Source of the DNA: the human T2T-CHM13v2.0 reference genome, Homo sapiens
Strand: one strand, 5' to 3'
Assembly: GCF_009914755.1 (NCBI RefSeq)
Contig: NC_060927.1
DNA: 64,000 nucleotides
In this document: positions 25,112 to 38,690 of the stretch, piece after piece
Numbering within the stretch: the stretch's first letter is position 1
How the letters are laid out: each line of letters starts with the position of its first letter
Position numbers and translations under genes: made by a program
Notes under the pieces: generated by a model
Told to the model about the DNA's origin: nothing
Seen by the model: the letters and a program-made list of their open reading frames with translations, nothing else
Database searches by the model: none

Positions 25112-25170
25112 TGATGTTTAGGTTTAATGTTTAGGTTTGATGTTTAGGTTCAGGTTTGATGTTTAGGTTC
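25112..25170. repeat. 13-bp minisatellite (tgatgtttaggtt) x ~4.5
   Basis: Directly visible. Confidence 0.9.
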
Positions 25171-26576
25171 AACCAAAATGACATCTAGTTATCTAGTCAC
25201 CAGTGATTGTTCCTAGGAATGTATCTCTCACAAGGACCTCATAGGGAAAATGGATGACTGGCCCAATGCAGAATTTATATGTTCCTTTGTTATGAGAACA
25301 ACAGGTAATAGCTCAGGCTTATCCCAATGTCCAACAGCCACACAATGAGGTCCATTGTGTAGGTGACGGTCAATTCCTACGTAAATATGGCTTGTTTTTC
25401 CTTTAGCCTCCATTCTTTCTCTTGGGACTGCTTCTTGTTTCCTTTGCCTCTAACACTGGCTTTGTCCTTCTTCATTTACTCCTCCAGCAGTGTGTACCCT
25501 ACTTTTCCTACCCGCCGCTACCTCCTGGCTATTCCATATTTATTTTCTCTTTATCACTCCCTACCTTTCAGCCTCTACACCACTGCTAACCACCATCCAA
25601 GTTTCTTTCCTCCCAAAAAATAACAGTGGAGCACTCAAATAGAACATTTTACTGCTCACTTGAGAGCTCAGAGAAAGGATGTGCTAATCTGTGTATAGAA
25701 TGAGCTAACCATCAACCAACATTGACTATTTTCTGATTGAAACAATTAAAAGGGAGTTCCCAGTCACAAACGCTAGCATTTTCCAATTTTCAATGACCTT
25801 TTAATAGTAAAAATGCTATTTTTAAAATGTCATTATGTGCTAAAAATGTTCTTGAATGTTTTTCAAAAATGACATTACAGAATCCAAATGTTGCCACATA
25901 ATTATTCAAAATAAATATTTTGCATACATTGCTCTATTTACTTTATATCCCATGAACAACACACATCAGTATACATATTAAATGCTGGAACCAAAAAGGC
26001 ATGACATATTCAGTAGCTTAATGTTTTATTAAAGTAAAACCAGCTGGTGGAGATTTGGTAACTGAAGCTATAGCCCAACTTGCTAAAACGTCTGTATGGT
26101 TGCACTGCACTGGAGGAAAAAAAGCCAGCATGTGAATTTAGGCTATGAGCAACAGTTACCTAACTCCTGTTACCCTTCAGGCTACAAATTTATTCTGGGG
26201 GCTAAGTTTTATACATGGTTCCTTATAGACTTTGCAATTTCTGCACTTCTAAAAACCGATTTCTAATAAAAATAAGATTCTGATCTGCTAAAGAAATACG
26301 TAAATTCATTGAATCTCTAATTTTGTAGCAGTTGTTGTTACTAAGGACCTCATATAGGGATGCCAAAGACAAATCTGAATATAGAATAATAGAAATGATG
26401 ATGAGACTGTCCCTAAGGGACCGAGGAGGTAGCATCCAAGCAGCAAGAAAAGCTCTCAATATGGTGAATGTAATACTGTCTCTTCCTTCAAGTTGAGCCC
26501 CTTTTCAAGAGAGATAGGCATCTGATCATTACATTATATAAATGAAATATGTTTATATAAGGTACTATGGAATTAC

Positions 26577-26730
26577 AGAGGAGAAGCAACTAACTTTGTG
26601 TATAGTTGGACAGTAGACATGAGATGATGTTCATGGTTAATAAATGGCATTGAAGAGGAGAAGCAACTAACTTTGTGTATAGTTGGACAGTAGATATGAG
26701 ATGATATTCATGGTTAATAAATGGCATTGA
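26577..26730. repeat. Tandem duplication, 2 x 77 bp, within an L2-like fragment
   Basis: agaggagaagcaactaac...atggcattga starts at 26577 and 26654, with two mismatches. Confidence 0.95.
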
Positions 26731-27366
26731 AGAAGAGGTGGTATTTAGACTGAGTCTTGAAATATGGATTGGAGGCTGCCAGGTGAAGAGCAGAGACAAG
26801 TGCATCATGTACAAAACAAAGGGATTGGAGAGAGTATGTACAAAGTGTTAAGATACTACACTTTAAAAGTCTTTAAACTTTGCTGATTCCTGGTCCCATC
26901 TGAAGAGTTTGTCCTATTCGCAGACGCTGGGTGGGGCTATACTTCTTACCTACTACCTGCTCAACTATTACTGATTGGGTCAAAGATGAATATCTGACTC
27001 AATCCATTCGTTGTTAAGTAACCAATCATATTGTCTCTAGAGAATCTGAAGTAACAGACCAGAGGTACTTAAGCTAAAAAGTTGAGATAAGGGCAGCCAT
27101 ATTACATGTGGTCATGGCTATATTAGGACATGTGCAGGGCCAAAAGGCAGAGAAAACTGGGCCCAGAGATAAATAGGAAATGAACAGGCTCACCAAAAAA
27201 ACGTGGCAGTAAAAGAAACCACATAATACGGTTTGTCTCTGTGTCCCCACCCAAATCTCATCTCAAATAGTGATTCCCATGTGTCGAGAAGGGGATCTGG
27301 TGGGAGGTGATTGGATCATTGAGGTGGTTTCCCCCATATTGGTCTCATGATAGTGAGTTCTCATGA

Positions 27367-27682
<316 letters not shown>

Positions 27683-29647
27683 TGAGATCTGATGGTTTAA
27701 AAGTGTTTGGCAGTTCATCCACTGCTGTCTCTCTCTCTCTCCTGCTCCACCATGGTAAGACGTGCCTTGTTTCCCCTTCACCATCCACCATGATTGCAAG
27801 TTTCCTAAAGCCTCCCCAGCCATGTGGAACTGTGAGTCAATTAAACCCCTTTTCTTTATAAATTACCCAGTCTCAGGTAGTTCTTTATAGGAGTGTGAAA
27901 ATGGGTTAATACAGAAAATTGCTGCCAAGAGAAGTGGGGCATTGCTGTAGAGAGACCTGAAAATGTGGAAGCAACTTTGGAAGTGGATAATGGGCAGAAG
28001 TTGGAACAATTTGGAGGACTCAGAAGAAAACAGGAAGATGTGAGAAAGTTTGTAACTTCTTAGAGACTTGCAGAATGGTTTTGACCAAAATGCTGATCGT
28101 GCCAGGCTGAAATGGTCTGAGATGGAGATGAGGAACTTATTGGGAACTGGAGCAAAGGTCACTCTTGCTATGCTTTAGCAAAAAGACTGGCAGCATTTTG
28201 GCCCTGCTCTAAAGATCTGTGGAACTTTGAACTTGAGAGAGATGACTTAGGGTATCTGGCAGAAGAAATTTCCAAGCAGCAAACCATTCAATATGTGACC
28301 TGGCTTTTTCTGCATTCACAAAGAGATGATCTGAAATTGGAACTTATGCTTGAAAGGGAAGCAGAACATAAAAGTTTGAAAAATTTGTAGCCTGACCATA
28401 CAGTCGAAAAGAAAAACCCATTTTCTGGGGAGAAATTCAAGCCAGCTGCTGAAATTTGCATTAAGTAATGAGGAGCTGAATGTTAATAGCCGAGAAAATC
28501 AGGAAAATGTCTCCAGGGCATTTCAGAGTTCTTCACTGCAGCCCCTCCCATCATAGATCCAGAGGCCTGGGAGGAAAAAATGGTTTCATGGGCTGAGGTA
28601 CTGCTGTCCTGTGCAGCCTTGGGACAGAGACCAACTCCAGCCATGGCTAAAAGGGACCAACATATAGCTCAGGCTGTTGCTTCAGAGGGTGCAAGGCCCA
28701 AGCATTGCCAGCTTCCATGTGTTGTAGGGTCTGTGGGTACACAGAAGGCAATAGCTGAACTTTGGGAGCCTCCACCTAGATTTCAGAGAATGTATGGAAA
28801 TGCCTGGATGTAGAGGCATAAGTCTGCTGCAGGGGTGAAGCCCTCATGGAGAACCTCTACTTAGGGCAATGCAGAGGGGAAATGTGGGGTTGAAGCCCCC
28901 ACACAGAGGCCCCACTGGGGCACTGCCTAGTGGAGCTGTGAGAAGAGGGCCACCATCCTCCAGACCCCAGAATGGTAGAGCCACCAATGACTTGCACTCT
29001 GTACCTGGAAAAGTTGCAGGCACTCAATGCCAGCTTGTGAAAGCAACTATGGGGGCTGTACCCTCAGATCTACAGGGGCAGAGCTGCCCAATGCCTTGGG
29101 AGCCCACCCCTTGCATCAGTGTGCCATGGATAGGAGACATGGAGTCAAAGGAGTTTATTTTGGAGCTTTAAGATTTAATGACTGCCCTGAAGGGTTTTGG
29201 ACTTCCATGGGACTTCTAGCCCCTTTGCTTTGGCCAATTTCTTCTTTTTGAAAAGGAAGCATTTACCCAATGCCTGTACCCCCATTGTATCTAGGAAGTA
29301 ACTAACTTGCTTTTGATTTTACAGGCTCATAGGGGGAAGGAACTTGCCTTTTCTCAGATGAGACTTTGGAATTGGACTTCTGGGTTAATGCTGGAATGAG
29401 TTAAGATTTTGGGGGATTGCTGAGAAGGCATGATTGTGTTTTGAAATGTGAGAAGAACATGAGATTTGGGAGGGACCTGGGGTGGGATGATGTAGTTTGG
29501 CTCTGTGTTCCCACCAAAATTTCATCTCAAATTGTAATCACCACATGTTGAGGGAGGGACCAGGTGGCAGGTAATAGGACCATGGGGACAGTTTCCTCCA
29601 TGCTGTTCTCATGATAGTGAGTGAGTTCTCAAGAGATATGATGGTTT

Positions 29648-31605
29648 ATTGTCTCAGTCCCAAAACTTAAGGTGATAAGCAACTTCAACAAAGTCTCAGG
29701 ATACAAAATTGGTGTACACAAATCACAACCAGTCCTATACACCAACAATAGACAAGCAGAGAGCCAAATCATGAGTGAACTCCCATTCACAATTGCTACA
29801 AAGGAAATAAAATACTCAGCAATACAACTTACAAGGGATGTGAAGAACCTCTTCAAGCAGAACTATAAACCACTGCTCAAGGAAATAAAGAGGACACAAA
29901 CAAATGGAAAAACATTCCATGCTCATGGATAAGAAGAATCAATATTGTGAAAATGGCCATACTGCCCAAGGTAATTTATAGATTCAATGCCATCCCCATC
30001 AAGCTACCAATGACTTTATTCACAGAATTGGAAAAATCCACTTTAAAGTTCATATGGAGCCAAAAAAGAGCCCTCATTGCCAAGACAATCCTAAGCCAAA
30101 AGAACAAAGCTGGAGGCATCATGCTACCTGACTTCAAACTATACTACAAGGCTACAGTAACCAAAACAGCATGGTACTGGTATCAAAACAGATATATAGA
30201 CCACTGGAACAGAATAGAGACCTCAGAAATAACACCACACATTTACAACCATCTGATCTTTGACAAACCAGACAAAAATAAGCAATGGGGAAAGAATTGT
30301 CTATTTAATAGATGGTGCTGGGTGAACTAGCTAGCCATATGCAGAAGACTGAAACTGGACCCCTTTCTTACACCTTATACAAAAATTAACTCAAGATGGA
30401 TTAGAGACTTAAATGTAAAACCCAAAACCATAAAAACTCTAGAAGAAAACCTACACAATACCATTCAGGACATAGGCATGGACAAAGACTTCATGACTAA
30501 AACACCAAAAGCAATTGCAACAAAAGTCAAAATAGACAAATGGGGTCTAATCAAACTAAAGAGCCTCAGCACAGCAAAATAAACTATCATCAGAGTGATC
30601 AGGCAACATACAGAATGTGAGAAAATTTTTGCAAGCTACCCATCTGACAAAGGTCTAACATCCAGAATCTACAAGGAACTTAAACAAATTTACAAGAAAA
30701 AACAACCGCATCAAAAAGTGGGCAAAGGATATGAACAGACACTTCTCAAAAGAAGACATTTATGCACCCAATAAATGTACAAAAAAAAACACAACTCATC
30801 ATCACTGGTCATTAGAGAAATGCAAATCAAAACCACAATGAGATACCATCTTATGTGTTAGAATGGCAATCATTAAAAAGTCAGGAAACAACAGACACTG
30901 GAGAGGATGTGCAGAAATAGGAATGCTTTTACACTGTTGGTGGGAGAGTAAATTAGTTCAACCATTGTAAGACGGTGTGGTAATGCTTCAAGTATCTAGA
31001 ACAAGAAATACCATTTGACCCAGCAATCCCATTACTGGGTATATACCCAAAGGATTATAAATCATTCTACTATAAAGAGACATGCACACATATGTTTATT
31101 GCAGCACTATTTACAATAGCAAAGACTTGGAACCAACCCAAATGCCCATCAATAATAGACTGGATAAAGAAAATGCGACACATATACACCATGGAATACT
31201 ATGCAGCAATAAAAAATAATTAGTTCATATCCTTTGCAGGGACATGGATGAAGCTGGACGCCATCATTCTCAGCAAACTACCACAGGAACAGAAAACCAA
31301 ACACTGCATGTTCTGACTCATAAGTGAGAGAACACATGGACACACGGAGGGGAACATCACACACCAGGGTCTGTCAGGGGGTGGGGGCAAGGAGAGGGAG
31401 AGCATTAGGACAAATACTTAATGCATGCAGGGCTTAAAACCTAGATCATGGGTTGATAGGTGCAGGAAACCACCATGGCACATGTATACGTATGTAACAA
31501 ACTCGTACTTTCTGCACATGTATCCCAGAACTTAAAGTAAAATTTTTTTAAAAAAAGAAAAATCCTTAAGTAAAACTGCTATGCTCTTTTTTTGTGGGGG
31601 AAGAA
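29648..31605 (+). mobile_element. 5'-truncated L1PA (L1PA8-10-like) inside the THE1D 3' LTR
   Basis: ORF2 3' half with stops. 3'UTR aatgcatgcagggcttaaaacctagat. TSD aagagat(a/c)tgatggttt at 29631-29647 and 31606-31622. Confidence 0.95.
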
Positions 31606-31885
31606 AAGAGATCTGATGGTTTTAAAGTGTGTGGAAGTTTCCCCTTCTCTCTCTCTCTCCCACCATGTAAGACGTGCCTTGCTTCCCCTTTGCCTTCTAC
31701 CATGATTGTAAGTTCCTGAGGTCTCCCCAGCCATGTGGAATTGTGGGTAAATTAAACCTATTTTCTTTATTATCCAGTCTCAGGTAGTTCTTTATAGCAG
31801 TATGAAAACAGACTAATACACCACCTGTAATTTGTTTCCTGACTTTTAATGTCATAATAGTCAAAATACACTAGGCTATATTACA

Positions 31886-32072
31886 GCAGGAGATGGTAAA
31901 CTGTGGCCTTTCAGATTATCAAGTGCAGTTTTAAACTAAGATTTGTTTATACAGTTTTAAGAGCCATAGCAAAGGAGGAGCAGGAGGTGGAGGAGGTGTA
32001 GAAGGACGAGGAGGATATCAGACCCCTACATGGCCTTCAAAGCCCTTTTGAGAAAAAGTTTAGCAACCCCTG
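31886..32072. mobile_element. MER58-family MITE
   Basis: Termini caggagatggtaaact ... agtttagcaacccctg. Confidence 0.6.
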
Positions 32073-32092
32073 CACTATAGTAACCACTAATG

Positions 32093-33648
32093 CCAATGTC
32101 AAAGTGGTTTTCTTCTATGTTTTCTTTTAGGAGTTTTTTGGTTTCATGTCTTACATTTAAGTCTGTAGTCTATTTTGAAGTAATTTTTGTGTATGGTATA
32201 AAAGAAGGGTCCAATTTCATTTTTTTTTGCATGGAAATATTGAATTATCCCAACATAATTTATTGAAGAGTCTGTCTGATCTCTATTGTGTATTTTTGGC
32301 ACCTTTGTCAAAAATTAGTTGACTGTATATGTTTGAGTTTATTTCTGAGTTTACTATTCTGTCCCAATTGTCTGTGTGTCTGTTTTATGCCAGCACCATA
32401 CTGTTTTAAATACTACAGCTTTGGAATATAGCTTGAAATCAGGAAGTGTGATACCTCCACCTTTGTTCTTCTTAATCAATATTGCTTTAGCTACTGGAGT
32501 TTTTGATAGTTCCAAATGAGTTTGAGAGTGTTTTTCTATTTCTGTGAAAAATGCCATTGGAATTTGATACCAAAAGACAGGTAACAAAAGTAAAATTAAA
32601 CAAGTAGGACTACATCAAACTGAAAAGTTTCTGCACAGCAAAGGAAAGAACCAACAAAATAAAAAAACAACCTATAAAATGGGAGAAAATATTTGTCAAC
32701 TATATATCTGGTAAGGGGTTAAAATAAAATATATATAAGTAACTAATACAACTCAATATCAATTATAATAATAAACTGATTAAAAAATGGGAAAAGGACC
32801 TGAATAGACATTTTTTTCAAAAGAAGACATACAAATGGCCAACAGGTATATGAAAAGATACTCAACATCACTAATCATCAGGGAAATGCAAATCAAAACC
32901 ACAATGGGATATTACCTCATACCTGTTAGGATGGCTATTAAAAAAAGTCAGAAGTGTTAGTGAGGATGTAGAGAAAAGGGAATCTGTATACTGTTGGTGG
33001 AAATGTAAATTGATATAGTCATTATGGAAAACAGTATGGAGCTTCCTCAAAAAATTAAAAATAGAACTACTATATGATCCAGCAATCTCAGTTCTAGGTA
33101 TATTCAAAGGAAATAAAATCATTATTTTGAAGAGATACCTGCACTGTCATGTTCATTGCAGCATTACTCATAATAGCCAAGATATGGGATCAACCTAAGT
33201 GTCTATTGGAAGATGATTGGATAAAGAAAATGTAAGAGAGATGTGTGTGTGTGTGTGTGTGTGTTTGCATGTATGTATGTGTGTGTGTGTGTACTGGAAT
33301 ATTATTACATATTTTTAAAAGCTTTTAAAAAGAAGAAAATCTTGCCATTTGCAACAACATGGATGAGCCTGAAGGACATTCGGCTAAGTGAAATAAGCCA
33401 GACACAGAAAGACAAATACTGCATGATCTCACTTATATGTGAAATATGTGAAATCTGAAACAACACTGACCTCAGTAACAGAGTATAGAACAGGCTGAGG
33501 GATGGGGAAGAAAGCGAGGATACCGGTCAAAGGGCACAAATATTTAGTTATAAGATAGGACACCTAATATAAAGCATGGTGACTATAGTTAATAATCATG
33601 TATTGTATACGTGGAATCTGCTAAGAGAGTAGATCTCAAGTGTTCACA

Positions 33649-33686
<38 letters not shown>

Positions 33687-33832
33687 ACACACCACACGGT
33701 AACAGTGAGATGATGGGTAAGTTAACTTGATTGTGGTAACCATTTTTCTATGTAGACACATATCAAAACGTCATGTTGTATACCCTAAATATATGCAATT
33801 TGTATGTGTCAATTATACCTCAATAAAACTGG
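32093..33832 (+). mobile_element. L1MA9-like element with 5' inversion
   Basis: Minus-oriented ORF2 piece ~32093-32568 joined to a plus-oriented ORF2 end and 3'UTR ending gtcaattatacctcaataaa. Internal (TG)n at ~33242-33291 and (CA)n at ~33650-33692. Confidence 0.88.
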
Positions 33833-33839
33833 GGGGTGG

Positions 33840-34540
33840 GGAACTAACCCCAAATCTCAGAAGCTTGCAGCTTGTAAGAAAAAAGGTTTACTTCTCATGT
33901 ATGCCACCTGCTATGTCCCTACCCAAATCTTACCTTGAATTGTAATAATCCCCACATGTCATGGGAGGGGCCAGGTGGAGATAATAGAATCATGGGAGTG
34001 GTTTCTCCCATACTGTCCTTGTGGTAGTAAATAAGTCTCATGAGATCTGAAGGTTGTATAAATGGGAGTTCCCCTGCACAAGCTCTCGCTTGCCTGCTGC
34101 CGTGTAAAACATGCCTTTGCTACGTCTTCACCTTCTGCCATGATTGTGAGGCCTCCCCAGCCATGTGGAAGTGTGAGTCCATTAAACCTCTTTTTCTTTA
34201 TAAATTACCCAGTCTCAGGTATGTCTTTATTAGGAACGTGAGAACAGACTAATACACCACCTACCATCTTGGGTCTTTACTCCAAGTCTTCTTAGTCTGG
34301 AAAGGAGGCTGATAGAGTAGTCACAATGCTGAACACTGTCACACATTGTGGCAGAGGAAAAGGGCTCCAGAGAGTCTTGCATTAGCAATTTAATGCTCCA
34401 GCTTGGAAGCTACCATCAAAACTCACTGGCTGGAAATAGTCACTCAGCCCTACCAAAAAAAGAGAAGTACAGTCCCACTATGTACTAGGAAGGCAAAGAA
34501 CCAGAAATACTTGACAAATAGCACTAACAACTAAAACAGA
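33840..34540 (-). mobile_element. Old MLT1 (MLT1J/K-like) LTR split by THE1
   Basis: aaccccaaatctcag...aaggtttacttctca | ...cattgtggcagaggaaaag...aatagcactaacaactaaaaca. Confidence 0.65.
33909..34256 (+). mobile_element. THE1B/C solo LTR
   Basis: Typical THE1 body ending agactaataca. Exact TSD ccacc at 33904-33908 and 34257-34261. Short deletion near the 5' end. Confidence 0.93.
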
Positions 34541-34639
34541 TCTCTGAGAATTTTTTGTTATATCCACACCTGAACAAATTGAAATAAGATTCTTTTCTTT
34601 AGAATTACAAAAAAGCTTAAGTATAGAAAAATTGCTGGA

Positions 34640-35100
34640 GAGGGACTTCAAAATTAGACTGGAGTCAGATTATGAAGAGTCTTGTATGTTTTGCTAAAGA
34701 GTTTATGATTTTTTCTGTGTTCAATGGAAAGTCTTAATGGACTTAATTCAATAGAAAAAGGGACCACTATAGTTCTTAACCAAGGGATCACTTGATTAGA
34801 TCGGTATTTTAGAAATGTCACTCTAGCTACCATATGGAAATACTGGATGATTTATTGAATGAGCGAACATGTTGAAATGGGAGGCCAATTAGGAAGTTAC
34901 TGCAGTGAACAAGGCACGAGTAGATGTGGATTTGAAATAATGCAGTGTTCATGGGAATGAGCAAGACAAACTAGATTGAAAGAAAATAACCTAAGAAGTA
35001 GAATTTACAGGACTTGGAGGAAGCCTGAGATTTACAGCTTGGACAGCTAAGTGGGTGTTAAGACTAATCATTTTGTTAGGAATGTAGAGGAGACAATAGT
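34640..35100 (-). mobile_element. L2 fragment
   Basis: cagattatgaagagtcttgtatg...gctaaagagttt...ttttagaaatgtcactctagct...gggaggccaattaggaagttactgcag. Confidence 0.7.
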
Positions 35101-35874
35101 ACATAGGCCTTGTCCATCATGCATGGTCTCTGAAAATTCTGAGATTAACTTTTGACCTAATACCCTGCCTACATTTCTTGCTTCTTGGATCAGTAAGGAA
35201 TAAACTTCAAGTCCTCTTCTCTGTTCAAATTGTGATCCTCCAGAAATTTAAGTGCCAAGTGGATAGCATTCCCAGATTTTCACTATACAAGCTGCCATTT
35301 TGAAATGAGTTGTGGCACATGATGGGGTCTATATCTGATTTATTTCTTCAGTCCATACTGACTACTAGGGCCTCAGGGTTTTGTCATAAAATTGGGCATG
35401 TGAAAATGGAAGTTCAGGTTGCCACAGTTTAGTTCAGATCTTCTCTCTGGAATAAATTGGAGACGGAATTTAATGTTTGACATTAGTTATTTAAATAAAT
35501 TAATATATATGAAACTGATAGAAACATGGATTTTTTTAACAGATTGAACACAATTCTTTTGGTAATGCTAAAGATACAAATTATGGCAGACAGAGGACAA
35601 AATTAGAGGAGATCTCAGATGCTTGTGCAGAGATGGATGGAAATCCATTAGTCTACCATTACTGAAGCAATTTTCACAGTGCATTAAACCATGTACTACT
35701 AATGAAAGTCAAAATATTGAATGTATCCTTTAATGTCACTGTACATGTATGTATTATAATGTAATATTAATAAACCACATATTGTATATATTCTTCTGTG
35801 TTTCTAGACTTTGTGGTCCCTGTTTGTAAGCTATAATAATTGCAATGTCACTCAGATGTCATTTTCCTTTAACA

Positions 35875-36470
35875 TCTGTGTGGATCATGTTCAAGGATGG
35901 TCATTCTAGGATCCATTTCTTATCTCTGTTCATAGAAAGTGAAATTCCAAAAACCATAATTCCCAGCCTCCTTTGCAAACTAGTGGCTAACCAGGTTCAA
36001 CCAATGGGAGGTGATGTTGGAAAAGTGGAGGGCAGAAAGAAAGGAGCAGCCAGGATATTACTGTTCCTCTCTCTCCCTTTCAGATAGCATCTTGTCTGCA
36101 GCTGCATTCCCTGCATGTTCCCAGCTCCTACTGGATATACACTTCCTCTGTGTTCCTCATTTTCTCTGGACAGCCTCTCCTTTAGCTCCAGTTCCCACTG
36201 AGTAGCTACACTCCCAGGATTCCAGCTTTTGCCTGACAGTCCAAGATACATGGTCCCTGGGCCAGCTCCTCCTCCCAGGTTTCATCTCCCTCCAAGCATC
36301 CCTAACTCCTGGGCACTGATAATGTGCCTGTTCTCTTGGTCCCCCCAGTTCTAGCAGTAATAGCACCCTGTTACCATTGTTAAACTCTGAGGTGGCTTAC
36401 CTTTCCCTATTCACTCTCAGCTCCTCCAACACCTCTGTGACTAGATCCCCATATTAAACCCCATTTACAG
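35875..36470 (+). mobile_element. Ancient ERVL LTR (LTR50/LTR41-like)
   Basis: ttcccagcctcctttgc...ccaatgggagg...aaagtggagggcagaaag...ctcctccaacacctctgtgac...attaaa. Confidence 0.55.
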
Positions 36471-37099
36471 TGGTACCTTGGAAAGGATCCTCTATATAGT
36501 CCAGAAAGCGGGACTGTAGTCTGCAAGATGGCTTCAAGGGGATATTGAAAGCTATAAGGATGAATCAGTGGCACAGACACTAAGGGACAAGATTCTGCAG
36601 TCAGGCTGTGGTGGGGAAGAAAGTACGACTCTAAGAGGATTTTTGCTGAATGGATATTTCAGAAGAAAGATGAGACAAAGCTCTGAATGGGCTCTTTTAT
36701 CTCCTCCTGCCCCATCCCCTTCTCCAGCTTTCAATATGAACATTCTCAGAGCACTGTCTCAAGGAAAAATGGACAACCCATTAACACTCCTATTCTCCAT
36801 ATCCTTACACCAAACATGCCCTAAGAGAAAACTTGGCTGCTTCCTCTGAGAATAAAATTGAAAAAAAAGAGATATTAATATATTAATAAATTACTGAGAG
36901 CTAAATCAGTGTTTAAACAACATACTTTAAAAGCAATCTTTTGATGCCTCGTGTAGGATGGAAAAATGAGCTTATCTAACTTCAGTTAAATTGCCTGACT
37001 CTAGCATATGTCTGATTTTTTTTGGACAGGAGACAACAACACCTTTTACTAAATTCAATGGACTTAGAACACTCAGGCAACAATAATTCAGAACATGGA

Positions 37100-37920
37100 C
37101 AAAACAGTAGAGTCTAGAAGTAAACTTGTAGGCTTATGAATCCAACAGGACTGGGTTTGAATCCCAGCTATTCTGCCTACTAGCTTTGTGACTTTGCTGG
37201 GTGACCTAACCTAAATCTCTATGCCTCAGTTTTCCGAGCTTTAAAATGAGGATAATAGCATCTACCTCTTTGGATAGTTATGAGGATTTAAAGAGATACC
37301 TTTTGTAAAGTATTATTAGAATACTCTTCTCTGTTCTCAGGAAGAGCTAAGAAAGTAAAGAGCTGAAGAAACTTGAAGGCTTAGCATTAGTGACTCTTAA
37401 CCACTCAAATGAGTAAGAATTACTGGAGGAGTTTGTTAAGAATGTGGGATATTATGCTCTGCTCCCTGAAATTCTGATTCAAGAGGTCTGGAGGTGTATC
37501 CTTAAAATGTGCATTTTTAATACATTTATACCCAGGATTTGAATGCATGTAGAACAAAGATCCCATTATGAGAAACACTTTCATTTGTTACTTCATTCTT
37601 TATCTATTTGCAAAATTTCCTTTAAATCCACTATTTCCTTTACCTTCATGATTTATCTAAATTCTAATGTTTTCTCAGTGCATCATCTGCACTCTGCCAA
37701 CTCTGGCAACCTGGACATGGGTAGTGGTTAAGCCACTTACTGACCAGATAGCTTTGAATAAGTCTCTTCATCGCTTGAAACCTTAGTTTTGTCATCTAGA
37801 GTGAGATAATAATATTTGTCCTATACACCTCTTGGGTTACTAAAAGCATCAATGGAGGAAAAGGGTATAAAAGCATTTTTAAACTACAAGGCACTATACC
37901 AATGTGAGTTATTATTATAT
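37100..37920 (+). mobile_element. MIR - MER5-like - MIR cluster
   Basis: MIR ~37100-37320 (ctgggtttgaatcccagct), MER5-like ~37388-37580 (attctgattca...tgcatttttaa), MIR ~37730-37920. Confidence 0.7.
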
Positions 37921-38690
37921 GGGGCCTGTTTGATTACAATCTCAACTGAGGTATAAAATGGAAGGGTTTTATTTTTCCTTACCTGATGGTATCTGTGTGG
38001 TGTTGTCAAAGCTCATCTTTATCACTATAGAGCAAGCTCTTTTAATATATCTCATTTCAATCCCATGACTTTTCAGTCATTATTGGTTATTAAACCAGTC
38101 TTATTTTGGTCAAGTCTTAGTTTTGCCCATCTTCAATTTCACACTCAGCCCAAACAGGTTTTTCTTCTCCCTTACTCTGCACAGACTAGATTTATGGAAC
38201 CAGCAGCACAGAGGGAAGGGGGTATGTGTGCCAACACCTCATCTTCTATCCCAAACCCTGCTCTTGCTCCTCTTCCTTCAACAGGGAGGGAGGAAAAAGT
38301 AATGTGTTCTATGTCCTTAGATCACAGCACCATGATGCACTGGCTGTTCTCTTTATGGGTGGTAATGGCCACTTCCTTGTGTGAACTACCCTGTGTAACA
38401 TTGACTATGTGGCTCTTTTATTTTTCTTTGTCATGAAAGTTGACAGCTCATGGTCTACAGTTGTAGGCTTTTGCAGACCCCCGAAAAGACAAACCAGGTG
38501 AGAAGCTCCATCCCAACCAGCTTCCCTAGTATCAATTACTTCTCAACGGATTTGCTCCCATGTTCCTGCTGGTAGCACTGAGCCACATCACCTTGACTCC
38601 AGCCCATTTGCTTCATACCTAGATGGGTCTCACACAAACCTGAGGCCCTAACTCTTATCATTTCTCTCCACCCCAGTTCTCGTGCCCTAT

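Noticed and set aside
25112-25170. Interstitial telomeric repeat
   Set aside because: The unit is 13 bp containing tttagg, not TTAGGG arrays.
31821-34261. Identical ccacc TSD on two neighbouring THE1 elements
   Set aside because: A 5-bp coincidence; the LTR subfamilies and wider flanks differ.
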